Source of the DNA: Thermoanaerobaculia bacterium
GTDB lineage: Bacteria > Acidobacteriota > Thermoanaerobaculia > Multivoradales > Multivoraceae
NCBI GenBank assembly: GCA_963664405.1
Contig: OY761158.1
Coordinates: forward strand, 6,020,556 to 6,084,555
Reading direction: 5' to 3'
DNA length: 64,000 bases
Part shown: piece after piece, positions 1-8,745 of the stretch
Position numbering within the stretch: position 1 is the stretch's first letter
How the letters are laid out: each line of letters starts with the position of its first letter
The notes under the pieces: generated by a model
The model's input: only the letters and a program-made list of their open reading frames with translations
Database searches by the model: none
What the model was told of the DNA's origin: nothing
Made by a program: the position numbers and the translations under genes

Positions 1-60
1 CGGAGGGCCCTTTCGCTTCTTAGACCACCAGATCAGACCGCTCTTTTTCGCGAATTGGGG

Positions 61-587
61 CTAAGCAAGGAGCAAGCCTGTCTTTGCGTTAGTAGCCCGG
101 GGCGTTTTCCACAAGATCTTTGAGATCTTGGGAACGCTGACGCGGCAGTAGCGAGTCTGGGGTGCGGGTGGATACCGAAATAACCTCCGCCAGCCGGGCG
201 CGGTCACAGCGCCGCCGGGCCTCCGCGCCGGCCCTCCAGGTCCGCTCCGAGACATCCGCCACGCGCTGAATCGGCGGGAAGTGCAAGCTGAGCGCCCGAG
301 CCGCCCCCGGAGAAAGTTCGGACCATCATTCGCCGTCAGAAACCCATGCGCCCGCGTGGTGAGCGCCAGTTTGCACGCCGTCACGTTCGACACGATCTGG
401 TCGTCCGAGGTGCGAGCGATCCATTCGTCCTGACTTCGGGCCCAGATGACGCAGTTTTGACATGGTGTTGACGGGCGGCCTCACGGACGGATCGGCGCGC
501 GCCGAGGGCGACGTAGGCGAGGAAGGCCGCGTAGGATTTAGTGGTTTCGTCGGCGCGGCGGTCCCAGAGTCGCGGGGTGTCGGTCAT
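61..587 (-). pseudogene. Degraded ORF(s) split over three minus-strand frames (381-587, 61-393, 89-286) upstream of parA. The N-terminus is MTDTPRLWDRRADETTKSYAAFLAYVALG. This may be a decayed plasmid-backbone gene
   Basis: Three short overlapping minus-strand ORFs in different frames, with no intact long ORF. The product family was not recognised confidently. Confidence 0.2.
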
Positions 588-869
588 TCGGCGTGCCTCT
601 AGCTTGCTAGTAAACCACGGCTACAAATACTTTCTGACGGCCCCGCGTTCGGCGGTCGCGCCCGCCGAGTAGTGAGCGACCATGCGGGCGCTTCCCCTTC
701 CCCGCTGACCGGGAATACGCGAGCGCCGATTCCAACCCGGCCAACGTGCGATTCAGCCCGGATTGAAACCCCGCCGCGCCGCCCGATCCCCGGTGGCTAT
801 CGAAGCGCGGCCCGAACACCGCGCCGGCCACCTACCCCGCCGAGCCACAATCGTTGACCCCAAACCTCC

Positions 870-917
870 TGCATGCTAGCATGACTGCATGCAAGCATGT
901 TCGCATGTTTTCATGCT
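870..917. promoter_or_regulatory. Iteron cluster 1: tandem GCATGC-nn-GCATG repeats directly upstream of parA. Candidate centromere/operator (parC-like) of a type Ib partition system
   Basis: Sequence tgcatgctagcatgactgcatgcaagcatgttcgcatgttttcatgc has at least six GCATG cores at 2-4 bp spacing. A TTGACC -35-like hexamer lies at 854-859. The same 13-bp unit recurs at 1867-1916 and 2707-2738. Confidence 0.55.
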
Positions 918-982
918 ACTCCCTTCAAGGCCCGGATCGGCCTCCCCTCTCTCGGTATCAACAGCAACAGGAGTTTTCATCA

Positions 983-1638
983 TGGCTATCAAAGTAGCCG
1001 TCGTTTCCCAGAAAGGCGGTGTCGGAAAAAGCACCATCGCCCGTCTGATTGGCCGCGAGTTTGCCCACAATGGCTGGCTTGTCAAGATCGCGGACATGGA
1101 CGTGCAGCAAGGAACCAGCTACCACTGGTACAAACGCCGAGCTGCCAATCAGGTAGTACCGGAGATCCGCACCGAAACCTTTACGAGCGTCAACATAGCC
1201 CTGACCGAAGCGGACAATTTCGATCTGTTCATCTTTGACGGTGCGCCCCACGCCACTGCTGCTACCCGAGACATGGCCCTTGCCTCCGATCTGGTGATCC
1301 TGCCTACGGGCCTTGCTGTTGATGATCTGCACCCGCAAATAGGGCTTGCTCACGAACTAACCCACCAGCACGGCCTGGAACCGGACAAGCTCGCCTTTGT
1401 CCTCTGGCGGGTAGGTGACAGCGAAATCGAGATACGGCACGCAAGGGAGTACATCGAGACAGCAGGCTACAGCGCCCTTGCCGGTGACGTGCCGGAACGC
1501 ACCGCCTATCGTCGTGCAAGCGACGCCGGACGCACTGCCACCGAAACGCAGTACAAAACCCTCAACCACCGCGCCGACATAACCGCACAGAGCATCATCG
1601 ACGCAATCACCAAGATTGCCAACAGAAAGGCCGCTTAA
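983..1638 (+). CDS. parA: ParA/Soj-family partition ATPase (small type Ib ParF-like)
   Basis: Deviant Walker A motif VAVVSQKGGVGKST. Size about 218 aa from M at 983, although the ORF track starts earlier at 889. It is followed immediately by a small RHH-like partner gene. Confidence 0.85.
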
Positions 1639-1875
1639 ATGAGCAAGATAGATGGACTTAAAAAGCCCACAAACAACCCCAAGGGAGCGCCACCCGGACC
1701 AGCCGAGGCACCGGCGAACCTTCTGCGACCCCCGATAGGGGAGAGCGTACCGTTTCAGGTCCGAATACCCGCCACCTACAAGCGCGACTTCAAGACAGAT
1801 GCAGCAGCCAGCGAAATCACTTCCAGTCAACTGTTCTTAAAGGTGTACGACTTCTACAAAGAACACCATGCATGA
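1639..1875 (+). CDS. ParG-like small centromere-binding protein (C-terminal ribbon-helix-helix)
   Basis: 78-aa ORF beginning one base after the parA stop. The C-terminal pattern FQVRIPATYKRDFKTDAAASEITSSQLFLKVYDFYKE is a beta-strand followed by two helices, typical of ParG/omega-type RHH partners. Confidence 0.55.
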   Translation: MSKIDGLKKPTNNPKGAPPGPAEAPANLLRPPIGESVPFQVRIPATYKRDFKTDAAASEITSSQLFLKVYDFYKEHHA

Positions 1876-1916
1876 CAGCATGCTTGCATGCAATCATGCT
1901 TGCATGATACAACATG
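1867..1916. repeat. Iteron cluster 2 (CATGCTTGCATG x2 plus further GCATG cores) downstream of the partner gene
   Basis: Sequence catgcatgacagcatgcttgcatgcaatcatgcttgcatg. Confidence 0.5.
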
Positions 1917-2187
1917 GAAATGGTTTGTTAAGACTTTTCCTGTATCAATGAAGGGGAAACACAGTCTCGTTGTGAACAGTGGAGAAGGGGAGCACATGGC
2001 GGATTTGGAAGACTTCTACTACGACCAAAAAGCTACAGAGCTGGCAGAGAAGCTAGTACGGACGCTCCAACAGGACCGCGACGAACTCGGCAACGAAGCG
2101 CGAGCCAATCTCAGCCGCGAACCGAATCGAAGAAACATCCATCATCCCAAAGACACGGCCAAAATCGCCCTTCAACTTGGCTGCTGA
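1888..2187 (+). CDS. Hypothetical small protein. The real start may be M at 1996 (MADLEDFYYDQK...)
   Basis: ORF in the lower-GC island. No recognisable domain. Confidence 0.3.
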   Translation: MQSCLHDTTWKWFVKTFPVSMKGKHSLVVNSGEGEHMADLEDFYYDQKATELAEKLVRTLQQDRDELGNEARANLSREPNRRNIHHPKDTAKIALQLGC

Positions 2188-2297
2188 TACATCTGCCACT
2201 GAAGTCCTCCAACCCCCGCCAGCCCTCAAGCCGGAGCCGCCTGGACCCACAGGACCGTGATTTACCGAATCCAGACGGTAAAGGAGAACCGAAAATC

Positions 2298-2783
2298 ATG
2301 AAACATAATCCATTCCTCCTAGCTCCCATCATGCTTCTCTTTCTTGTCAATCCTGCCAATGCTGCCATTTCAGGGTCTAGCTACATGAACGACTTAGACG
2401 ATGTGCAGCGCGAAGCGTTTCTGTTTGGTGCCCTAGAAATGGCCATCTCCATCTATTCCAAAGAGGAGAGAGGTGAGAAGGCGGTTTGTGTGGGCCAGTG
2501 GTTTTCCAGTTCGAGAGAGGACGCTGAGAAGGAGATAATGGATTTCATGTCCAATCCCAACAATGGAAAATACACCGCATCAGGTCTTATAGGAATTAAT
2601 TGTGGTGGATCGGCATTGCCCCGACGATCCGAAAACCACAGCGCAGCCGAGTGGGGGAGGGGAGTACAACAATTTGACCCACTGCAAGGCGATCATCAAA
2701 CTAAACAGCATGCAAGCATGAATACATGCAACCATGCTGGTTTGTGGACACCTGCACGTTGTCGGTTGACGGGTTTAGAGTAA
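2298..2783 (+). CDS. Hypothetical secreted protein (N-terminal signal peptide)
   Basis: MKHNPFLLAPIMLLFLVNPANA is a hydrophobic signal-like N-terminus. The region is AT-richer than its surroundings. A plausible RBS aaggagaa lies 8 nt upstream. Confidence 0.45.
   Translation: MKHNPFLLAPIMLLFLVNPANAAISGSSYMNDLDDVQREAFLFGALEMAISIYSKEERGEKAVCVGQWFSSSREDAEKEIMDFMSNPNNGKYTASGLIGINCGGSALPRRSENHSAAEWGRGVQQFDPLQGDHQTKQHASMNTCNHAGLWTPARCRLTGLE
2707..2738. repeat. Iteron cluster 3 (GCATGCAAGCATG plus ATGCAACCATGC) inside the 3' end of ORF 2298-2783
   Basis: Sequence cagcatgcaagcatgaatacatgcaaccatgc uses the same unit as clusters 1 and 2. Confidence 0.45.
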
Positions 2784-3282
2784 CCCTGCACGATCGAGCA
2801 GTAGAAAATACGGATATGCACGCATTAGGCGTGGTTTAGATCTGTGAACAACTAGAAGTTGAGTATTGACGAGCGCAGAAGAAGCATGCCACCATCGCAT
2901 CTGATACAACGCCAAGCGGGAAGAACAAGGTATGACCAAACAGAGGGATCGGGGAGAAGGGTTTCAAGAGATCGGCGGACTGATTCAGAACGTTGTGAAG
3001 GAGTACAAGGAGTACAAGCCTCTTAGTCTGGTGGAGAAGCGGCTAATCAAGAATTCCACCGAGATCAGGACATTTCCACCCGAAGAAGTAAACTTCCTGC
3101 ACTCGCTCTTCTGCCAAACTATCTTGCCCTATCGCAGCCTCCCTGAGCGCGTTTGGGAACATGCCAATGGCCGAGCAAATGTCCGCGTCGAAGCGGGGAG
3201 CGCCTATCACCCGGACAGCGACAAATTCGTGGTCATGGAGGCCTGTGGCTCCGCGCACTACTGGGGCCGGGAAATAGGAGAG

Positions 3283-5130
3283 TGAGAGTGAGCACGATAA
3301 TCGATGGCGGTCCGATCACGATAAGTGATGGTCGCGTAGCCTTTTGAAGGACTTAGCCGAAGCTGCGTTTCGCTGCCACTTGCCTCAGACGGTCTTGTTC
3401 ACAGTATTTGATGGCGATTCGAGGAAACCCGATCACGTTGTCTGGTGGGAATGGGTGTTCCGTTCAAGGTATCTGAGGGCGCAACCAGGGGCCCAAGCGC
3501 GATGGAAGCTCGGCGAACCGCCTCGATCGCCCATCAGATAGCGTGCCGTTCATCCCATCGCTGCGTGTCAGCCCTCGTTCAGCGTGATCAGCGAAAGAAC
3601 AAGTATGGACTGCGCGTCAGGCCCCGACGGCGGATGTGTCCCGTTTTTTGTGGAAATGGGTTCAGGCGTAGTCCTCCGAGTCGTCTTTTGCTAAATCCTA
3701 CCGTTTACGCGGCCCTCTCAACCTCGAGCAGGAGCTGAAGCGCCCGGTAGCCGTTAATCCTTCGCAGGTGTATCTGCCCGAAGGCGACGAGCCCCCAGAG
3801 GAGCGTGACGCCGGCAGCCTCGGTGGCAAAGGAGCCCTGGGTTTTAGTGCGGCGACGAAACTCGCGGTTCAGGTTCTCCAGAGCGTTGGTCGTGCGCACC
3901 GAACTCCACAGCGATTTGGGGAGCTCGTAGAAGGTCAGTAGCTGGAACCCTGCCTCCTCAAGGCTGCGAGCCACCGCCGGGACTAGTCGCGACCACTTGG
4001 TGACGAACGCCGCGTAGGCCTTGCGGGCCTGTGCCGCGTCCTCGGCTCGTACGATCGAGTGCCAGTCACGCCGCAGCTCGTCGTGTGCGTGCACCGGGCA
4101 GTGTTTCTTCAGATTCTCCCACTTGTGTTGGACGCAGCGCTGGACTTTGACCTCAGGCCAAGCCTTCAGCGCCGCGGCCAGCCCTTTGTGGCCATCCGTG
4201 ACCAGGTAGCGCGGAGCCTGAAGACCTCGGGCCTTCAGATCCTCGATCAGCCACTTCCAGTGCTCGGCGGCCTCGCTCGCGGCTAAACGTAAGGCCACCA
4301 GCACCTTGGTGCCGTCCGGAGTCACACCCAGCACCACCAGCACCGGTACCGAGACCACTCGACGGGCCAAGCGGACCTTCAGGTGAAAGCCATCGAGAAA
4401 CAGAAGCACGTAGGACTCCTCCGACAGATCGCGCTCACTCCAGCGAGCAAAAAGCTCCTTCAGCCGAGACACCACACGCGAAACTGCGCTCTTGGACAGG
4501 TGCTCCTCACCCAGCAGCGGAGCCAATGCCTTCTTGATCCGGCGGCTGTTAGCGCCAGCCAGATACGCACCCAGGATCGCGTCATCGACCTCCTGCGTAC
4601 GACGAGCGTAACGCGGCACGATCGCACTGCGAAACTCTACGCTGGCCCCATCCTCGCCGACTAGCCGTCCTCGTGGAATGTCCAGTTCCTTCGACCCACA
4701 CGCCGTCGTGATCAGACGACGCTGCTTGCCGTTGCGATAGCCCGCACGCTCGCCTGAACGCTCGTAGGCGCTGCAGCCCAGCGCCTCGGACAGCTCTTCC
4801 TCGAGTGTGATCTCGATCGCCGCACGAACACGCTCGCGTAACAACGAACGAATGTCCTGACGGAAGCGTGCAGCTTCCCCTTCCTCGTTGATATTCTCCA
4901 CCATGGCGTAATCCTCCGTTCGCCCTAACCGGCGATGTGTTTGACCACTAGGAGGTTACGCCATTCTCAATTTCCACAGCATTCGGGACGGATCCCCGAC
5001 GGCCCGCCTTCGGCGGGGATGATGCCGACGGACCTAGTCTTGAGCACACTACTTGAGGGACCAAACACCCTTCCCTCACCTACCGTGCTCAGAATGGCCA
5101 ACATTCCCATCGATTATCGTGCTCACTCTC
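3283..5130 (-). mobile_element. IS256-family insertion sequence with perfect 25-bp terminal inverted repeats TGAGAGTGAGCACGATAATCGATGG
   Basis: The left IR at 3283-3307 is the reverse complement of the right IR at 5106-5130. Comparison with the uninterrupted copy (6651-6675 ggagagctcggcc) shows an apparent GAGAG duplication at the junctions. The element encodes a Transposase_mut-type protein. Confidence 0.85.
3705..4904 (-). CDS. IS256-family (mutator-type) transposase
   Basis: 399 aa. Motifs GYRNGKQRRLITTACGS...PRGR, SKSAVSRVVSRLKE, LFLDGFHLKVR and VTDGHKGL are characteristic of the IS256 family. Confidence 0.9.
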   Translation of the reverse strand: MVENINEEGEAARFRQDIRSLLRERVRAAIEITLEEELSEALGCSAYERSGERAGYRNGKQRRLITTACGSKELDIPRGRLVGEDGASVEFRSAIVPRYARRTQEVDDAILGAYLAGANSRRIKKALAPLLGEEHLSKSAVSRVVSRLKELFARWSERDLSEESYVLLFLDGFHLKVRLARRVVSVPVLVVLGVTPDGTKVLVALRLAASEAAEHWKWLIEDLKARGLQAPRYLVTDGHKGLAAALKAWPEVKVQRCVQHKWENLKKHCPVHAHDELRRDWHSIVRAEDAAQARKAYAAFVTKWSRLVPAVARSLEEAGFQLLTFYELPKSLWSSVRTTNALENLNREFRRRTKTQGSFATEAAGVTLLWGLVAFGQIHLRRINGYRALQLLLEVERAA

Positions 5131-5976
5131 AGAGAGCTCGGCCACTCGGTCGTCCTGCTGCCACCCCACCTGACCCACCGCTATGTCGGCGCCCACAAGA
5201 CCGATCGAACCGACACCAAAGGCATGCTCGAGGCGTATCGCAACGAAGACATCCTGCCTGTCCCTGTCAAGTCGCTCGAGCAACAAACGCTCACCACTCT
5301 GCATCGGATGCGCGCGGCCTACATCGGCGATCGTACGGCTCACTGCAACGCTCTACGCGGGCACTTGCGAGAATTCGGACACTTCATCCCTCTAGGACGT
5401 GCGCGCGTCGTGCCGAGGGTCCGAGAGCTGATCGCCGACGCCGAGACGGACATCCCCATGGCATTGCGCCCTCACTTCGCAGCGCAATGCGATCAGATCG
5501 AGCAGTTCCACGAGCGTATCGCGGAGATCGACAACCACATCCAAGCGCTCGCCAAACAGCTCGAAGCCGTGCAGCTGCTGATGACCATTCCTGGCATCGG
5601 GGTCCTGACCGCCACGGCCCTGGTGGCCTGGATCGGAGATGTCTCTCGCTTCAAGAGCGGACGCCATCTTGCCAGCTATCTCGGGCTCACGCCGCGCGAA
5701 CACTCCAGTGGCGCACGACGCTGGCTCGGACGCATCAGCAAACGCGGCGACGGCTATCTGCGCACGCTCCTGATCCACGGGGCCCGCTCCGTGCTGTCGT
5801 GGGCGAAGAGAAAACAACCCCAAGGCCGCCTCCAACAGTGGGCGCTGCACGTCGATACCCGCCGAGGACCCAACAAAGCCGCCGTTGCCCTCGCCAACAA
5901 GTTGGCCCGCATTGTCTGGGCCGTGTGGACCCGTAAGCGCGCCTTCGAGCCCAAGCCGTTGCTCGCTGCTGCCTAA
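5131..5976 (+). pseudogene. IS110-family transposase, C-terminal approximately 282 codons only. The N-terminal RuvC-like part was lost by truncation and the IS256 insertion
   Basis: Identical to residues ELGHSVVLLPP...KPLLAAA of the intact copy at 6464-7501. Confidence 0.85.
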
Positions 5977-6298
5977 GACGACCGAACGACCACAACCTAC
6001 TCGTAACCCCCATCCACTCACAGCTCGATCCAAGGACTTTGATGGTTTCCAGTCAGACTGGCGTGAGGGCACAAGCCGCTAGGAGCGTTGGCCCTCGAGG
6101 CCGTTTTCTCGGACGATTCGGCTCCCTCACGCGCACTTTTCCATCATGGCCCGGCGTGCACACATCGTCACGCCAATCTGAGGCCGGAGATACGTCTGCT
6201 GTCTGACCTACCACTCTCAGCCCGAAGACCGAGAAAACCAGAATCTCTCTATGAGTTGAAATCAACTACTTGACACGGGAGTCCAGATACACGCTCCT

Positions 6299-7825
6299 AG
6301 CCCCAGAAAACGCGCCTTCGGCCCGTTTTCCGGCCCATCCCCGCCTGAGAACTACTCGCCTGTCCGATACTCGGATGATGAAATGGACTCCCTGGCGACT
6401 TCGATCGGCATCTGTGTGCCGCGGGTCGCCCAAACCGAAACTCTAGTACTGGAAGGGAGCCCCATGAAGCATACCGTTATCGGTGTCGACCTGGCCAAGG
6501 ATGTGTTCGAGATCGCCGTGTCGCATGAGCCGGGAAAGGTGGCGGACCGGCATCGAGTCCGAAGAGCTGGCTTTTTGTCTTTCTTCGCACAACGCAAGCC
6601 CACGACGGTGGTCATGGAGGCCTGTGGCTCCGCGCACTACTGGGGCCGGGAAATAGGAGAGCTCGGCCACTCGGTCGTCCTGCTGCCACCCCACCTGACC
6701 CACCGCTATGTCGGCGCCCACAAGACCGATCGAACCGACACCAAAGGCATGCTCGAGGCGTATCGCAACGAAGACATCCTGCCTGTCCCTGTCAAGTCGC
6801 TCGAGCAACAAACGCTCACCACTCTGCATCGGATGCGCGCGGCCTACATCGGCGATCGTACGGCTCACTGCAACGCTCTACGCGGGCACTTGCGAGAATT
6901 CGGACACTTCATCCCTCTAGGACGTGCGCGCGTCGTGCCGAGGGTCCGAGAGCTGATCGCCGACGCCGAGACGGACATCCCCATGGCATTGCGCCCTCAC
7001 TTCGCAGCGCAATGCGATCAGATCGAGCAGTTCCACGAGCGTATCGCGGAGATCGACAACCACATCCAAGCGCTCGCCAAACAGCTCGAAGCCGTGCAGC
7101 TGCTGATGACCATTCCTGGCATCGGGGTCCTGACCGCCACGGCCCTGGTGGCCTGGATCGGAGATGTCTCTCGCTTCAAGAGCGGACGCCATCTTGCCAG
7201 CTATCTCGGGCTCACGCCGCGCGAACACTCCAGTGGCGCACGACGCTGGCTCGGACGCATCAGCAAACGCGGCGACGGCTATCTGCGCACGCTCCTGATC
7301 CACGGGGCCCGCTCCGTGCTGTCGTGGGCGAAGAGAAAACAACCCCAAGGCCGCCTCCAACAGTGGGCGCTGCACGTCGATACCCGCCGAGGACCCAACA
7401 AAGCCGCCGTTGCCCTCGCCAACAAGTTGGCCCGCATTGTCTGGGCCGTGTGGACCCGTAAGCGCGCCTTCGAGCCCAAGCCGTTGCTCGCTGCTGCCTA
7501 AGACGACCGAACGACCACAACCTACTCGTAACCCCCATCCACTCACAGCTCGATCCAAGGACTTTGATGGTTTCCAGTCAGACTGGCGTGAGGGCACAAG
7601 CCGCTAGGAGCGTTGGCCCTCGAGGCCGTTTTCTCGGACGATTCGGCTCCCTCACGCGCACTTTTCCATCATGGCCCGGCGTGCACACATCGTCACGCCA
7701 ATCTGAGGCCGGAGATACGTCTGCTGTCTGACCTACCACTCTCAGCCCGAAGACCGAGAAAACTAGAATCTCTCTATGAGTTGAAATCAACTACTTGACA
7801 CGGGAGTCCAGATACACGCTCCTAG
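6299..7825 (+). mobile_element. IS110-family element copy 2 (apparently intact). The left end abuts the right end of copy 1, giving a head-to-tail tandem
   Basis: Boundaries are inferred from where the copy1/copy2 identity begins and ends. There are no obvious terminal inverted repeats, as is typical of the IS110 family. An outward-facing TTGACA lies 24 bp from the right end. The right end is followed by a 16-bp perfect palindrome. Confidence 0.75.
6464..7501 (+). CDS. IS110-family (DEDD) transposase
   Basis: 345 aa from MKHTVIGVDLAKDVFEIAV. The N-terminus has the typical DEDD/RuvC-like fold and the C-terminal domain is present. An identical second copy lies at 5131-5976. Confidence 0.9.
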   Translation: MKHTVIGVDLAKDVFEIAVSHEPGKVADRHRVRRAGFLSFFAQRKPTTVVMEACGSAHYWGREIGELGHSVVLLPPHLTHRYVGAHKTDRTDTKGMLEAYRNEDILPVPVKSLEQQTLTTLHRMRAAYIGDRTAHCNALRGHLREFGHFIPLGRARVVPRVRELIADAETDIPMALRPHFAAQCDQIEQFHERIAEIDNHIQALAKQLEAVQLLMTIPGIGVLTATALVAWIGDVSRFKSGRHLASYLGLTPREHSSGARRWLGRISKRGDGYLRTLLIHGARSVLSWAKRKQPQGRLQQWALHVDTRRGPNKAAVALANKLARIVWAVWTRKRAFEPKPLLAAA

Positions 7826-7830
7826 GTTGG

Positions 7831-7868
7831 GTAGGTCTGGGAATGGTGATTGCCATTCCCAGACCTAC
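7831..7868. repeat. Perfect 16-bp-stem palindrome GTAGGTCTGGGAATGG-tgattg-CCATTCCCAGACCTAC abutting the IS110 right end. Likely REP-like target of the IS
   Basis: Read directly from the sequence. The IS110/IS1111 family is known to insert next to palindromic repeats. Confidence 0.7.
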
Positions 7869-7875
7869 TGATGCC

Positions 7876-7960
7876 GTTTGGCGCCGCGGACGGCGCGCGT
7901 CGCCCATCCGGAGGACCGGATGGCCTCCCTGCTTCGGAAGGGGTGCCTCTTGCGGATTGA
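7876..7960. repeat. REP-like repeat (type a) with hairpins GCGCCG-cgga-CGGCGC and CCATCCGG-agga-CCGGATGG
   Basis: A second copy with the same order and hairpins lies at 9827-9990. The hairpin core is shared with the 127-133-bp repeat family at 20078 and 23550. Confidence 0.65.
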
Positions 7961-7998
7961 GCATTTCCAGGCTCCTGGGATATATGCTCCGGTGATCC

Positions 7999-8703
7999 GT
8001 GAGCTGGATTTCCGATCCCAATGCCTGGATCGCCCTGGCGGCGCTGACGTCGATCGAGATCGTTCTCGGTATCGACAACATCATCTTCATCACGATTCTC
8101 GTCGGCCGCCTGCCCGAGGCCGAGCGGGGTCGTGCGCGCACGTTTGGGCTACTGCTGGCGATGCTGACCAGGATTGCCCTGCTCTTCTCACTGACCTTCT
8201 TCATGGGCCTCACCGAGCCGCTGCTGGTGGTCCTGGGGCACGAGATCTCGTGGCGTGATGTCATCTTGATTGCTGGGGGTCTCTTCCTTTTGGGCAAGAG
8301 CACCTTCGAGATTCACGCCAAGCTCGAGGGCGGTCACGGGGCTCCATCGTCGGGCTCGCGTGGTGGCTTCTTGATGGTGATGGGCCAGATCGCCCTTCTC
8401 GACATCGTGTTCTCCATCGACTCGGTGATCACTGCCATCGGTTTGGCCGACCAGGTGGTGATCATGGTCATCGCCGTTGTTGCGGCAGTGCTCGTCATGC
8501 TAGTTTCGGCAAGACCCATTGGAGATTTCGTCGAGCGGCACCCGACCTTGAAGATGCTCGCGTTGAGCTTCTTGCTCTTGATCGGAACAACGCTCGTGGC
8601 GGATGGCCTCGGGTTTCACTTCCCGAAAGGCTATGTCTATTTCGCGATGGCGTTCTCGGTGTTTGTCGAAATGCTCAATCTGCGCTTGCGCAGAGTGTCG
8701 TAA
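7999..8703 (+). CDS. TerC-family integral membrane protein
   Basis: Multi-pass hydrophobic protein with TerC signatures (LGIDNIIF..., SIDSVITAIGL...). Confidence 0.8.
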   Translation: MSWISDPNAWIALAALTSIEIVLGIDNIIFITILVGRLPEAERGRARTFGLLLAMLTRIALLFSLTFFMGLTEPLLVVLGHEISWRDVILIAGGLFLLGKSTFEIHAKLEGGHGAPSSGSRGGFLMVMGQIALLDIVFSIDSVITAIGLADQVVIMVIAVVAAVLVMLVSARPIGDFVERHPTLKMLALSFLLLIGTTLVADGLGFHFPKGYVYFAMAFSVFVEMLNLRLRRVS

Positions 8704-8745
8704 GCTCCACACCAGCGAAGAAATTTTTAGAAGAGGAGAGCAGGT

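Larger units (their letters stand above)
3227..6298 (+). mobile_element. IS110-family element copy 1. It is 5'-truncated: only 56 bp remain upstream of a nested insertion, and the left end plus the first ~48 codons are missing. An IS256-family element is inserted at 3283-5130
   Basis: 3227-3282 is identical to 6607-6662 of copy 2, and 5131-6298 is identical to 6663-7823 of copy 2 apart from one SNP. Sequence upstream of 3227 is unrelated. Confidence 0.85.

Noticed and set aside
2932-3285. 117-aa ORF as a real gene
   Set aside because: Its last 18 codons are the 56-bp IS110 fragment (VVMEACGSAHYWGREIGE) and it stops inside the IS256 inverted repeat. It is a chimeric read-through ORF created by IS insertion and truncation, not a native protein.
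4935-5936. 333-aa ORF overlapping the IS110 transposase in another frame
   Set aside because: It is an Arg/Pro-rich alternative frame of the transposase region. The transposase frame is conserved between the two IS copies.
7878-8258. MAPRTA... ORFs (also 9823-10059, 20125-20388, 23695-23919)
   Set aside because: These ORFs are simply translations of the REP-like repeat hairpins (GGCGCCGnGGACGGCGC). They recur because the repeat recurs, not because they are a gene family.
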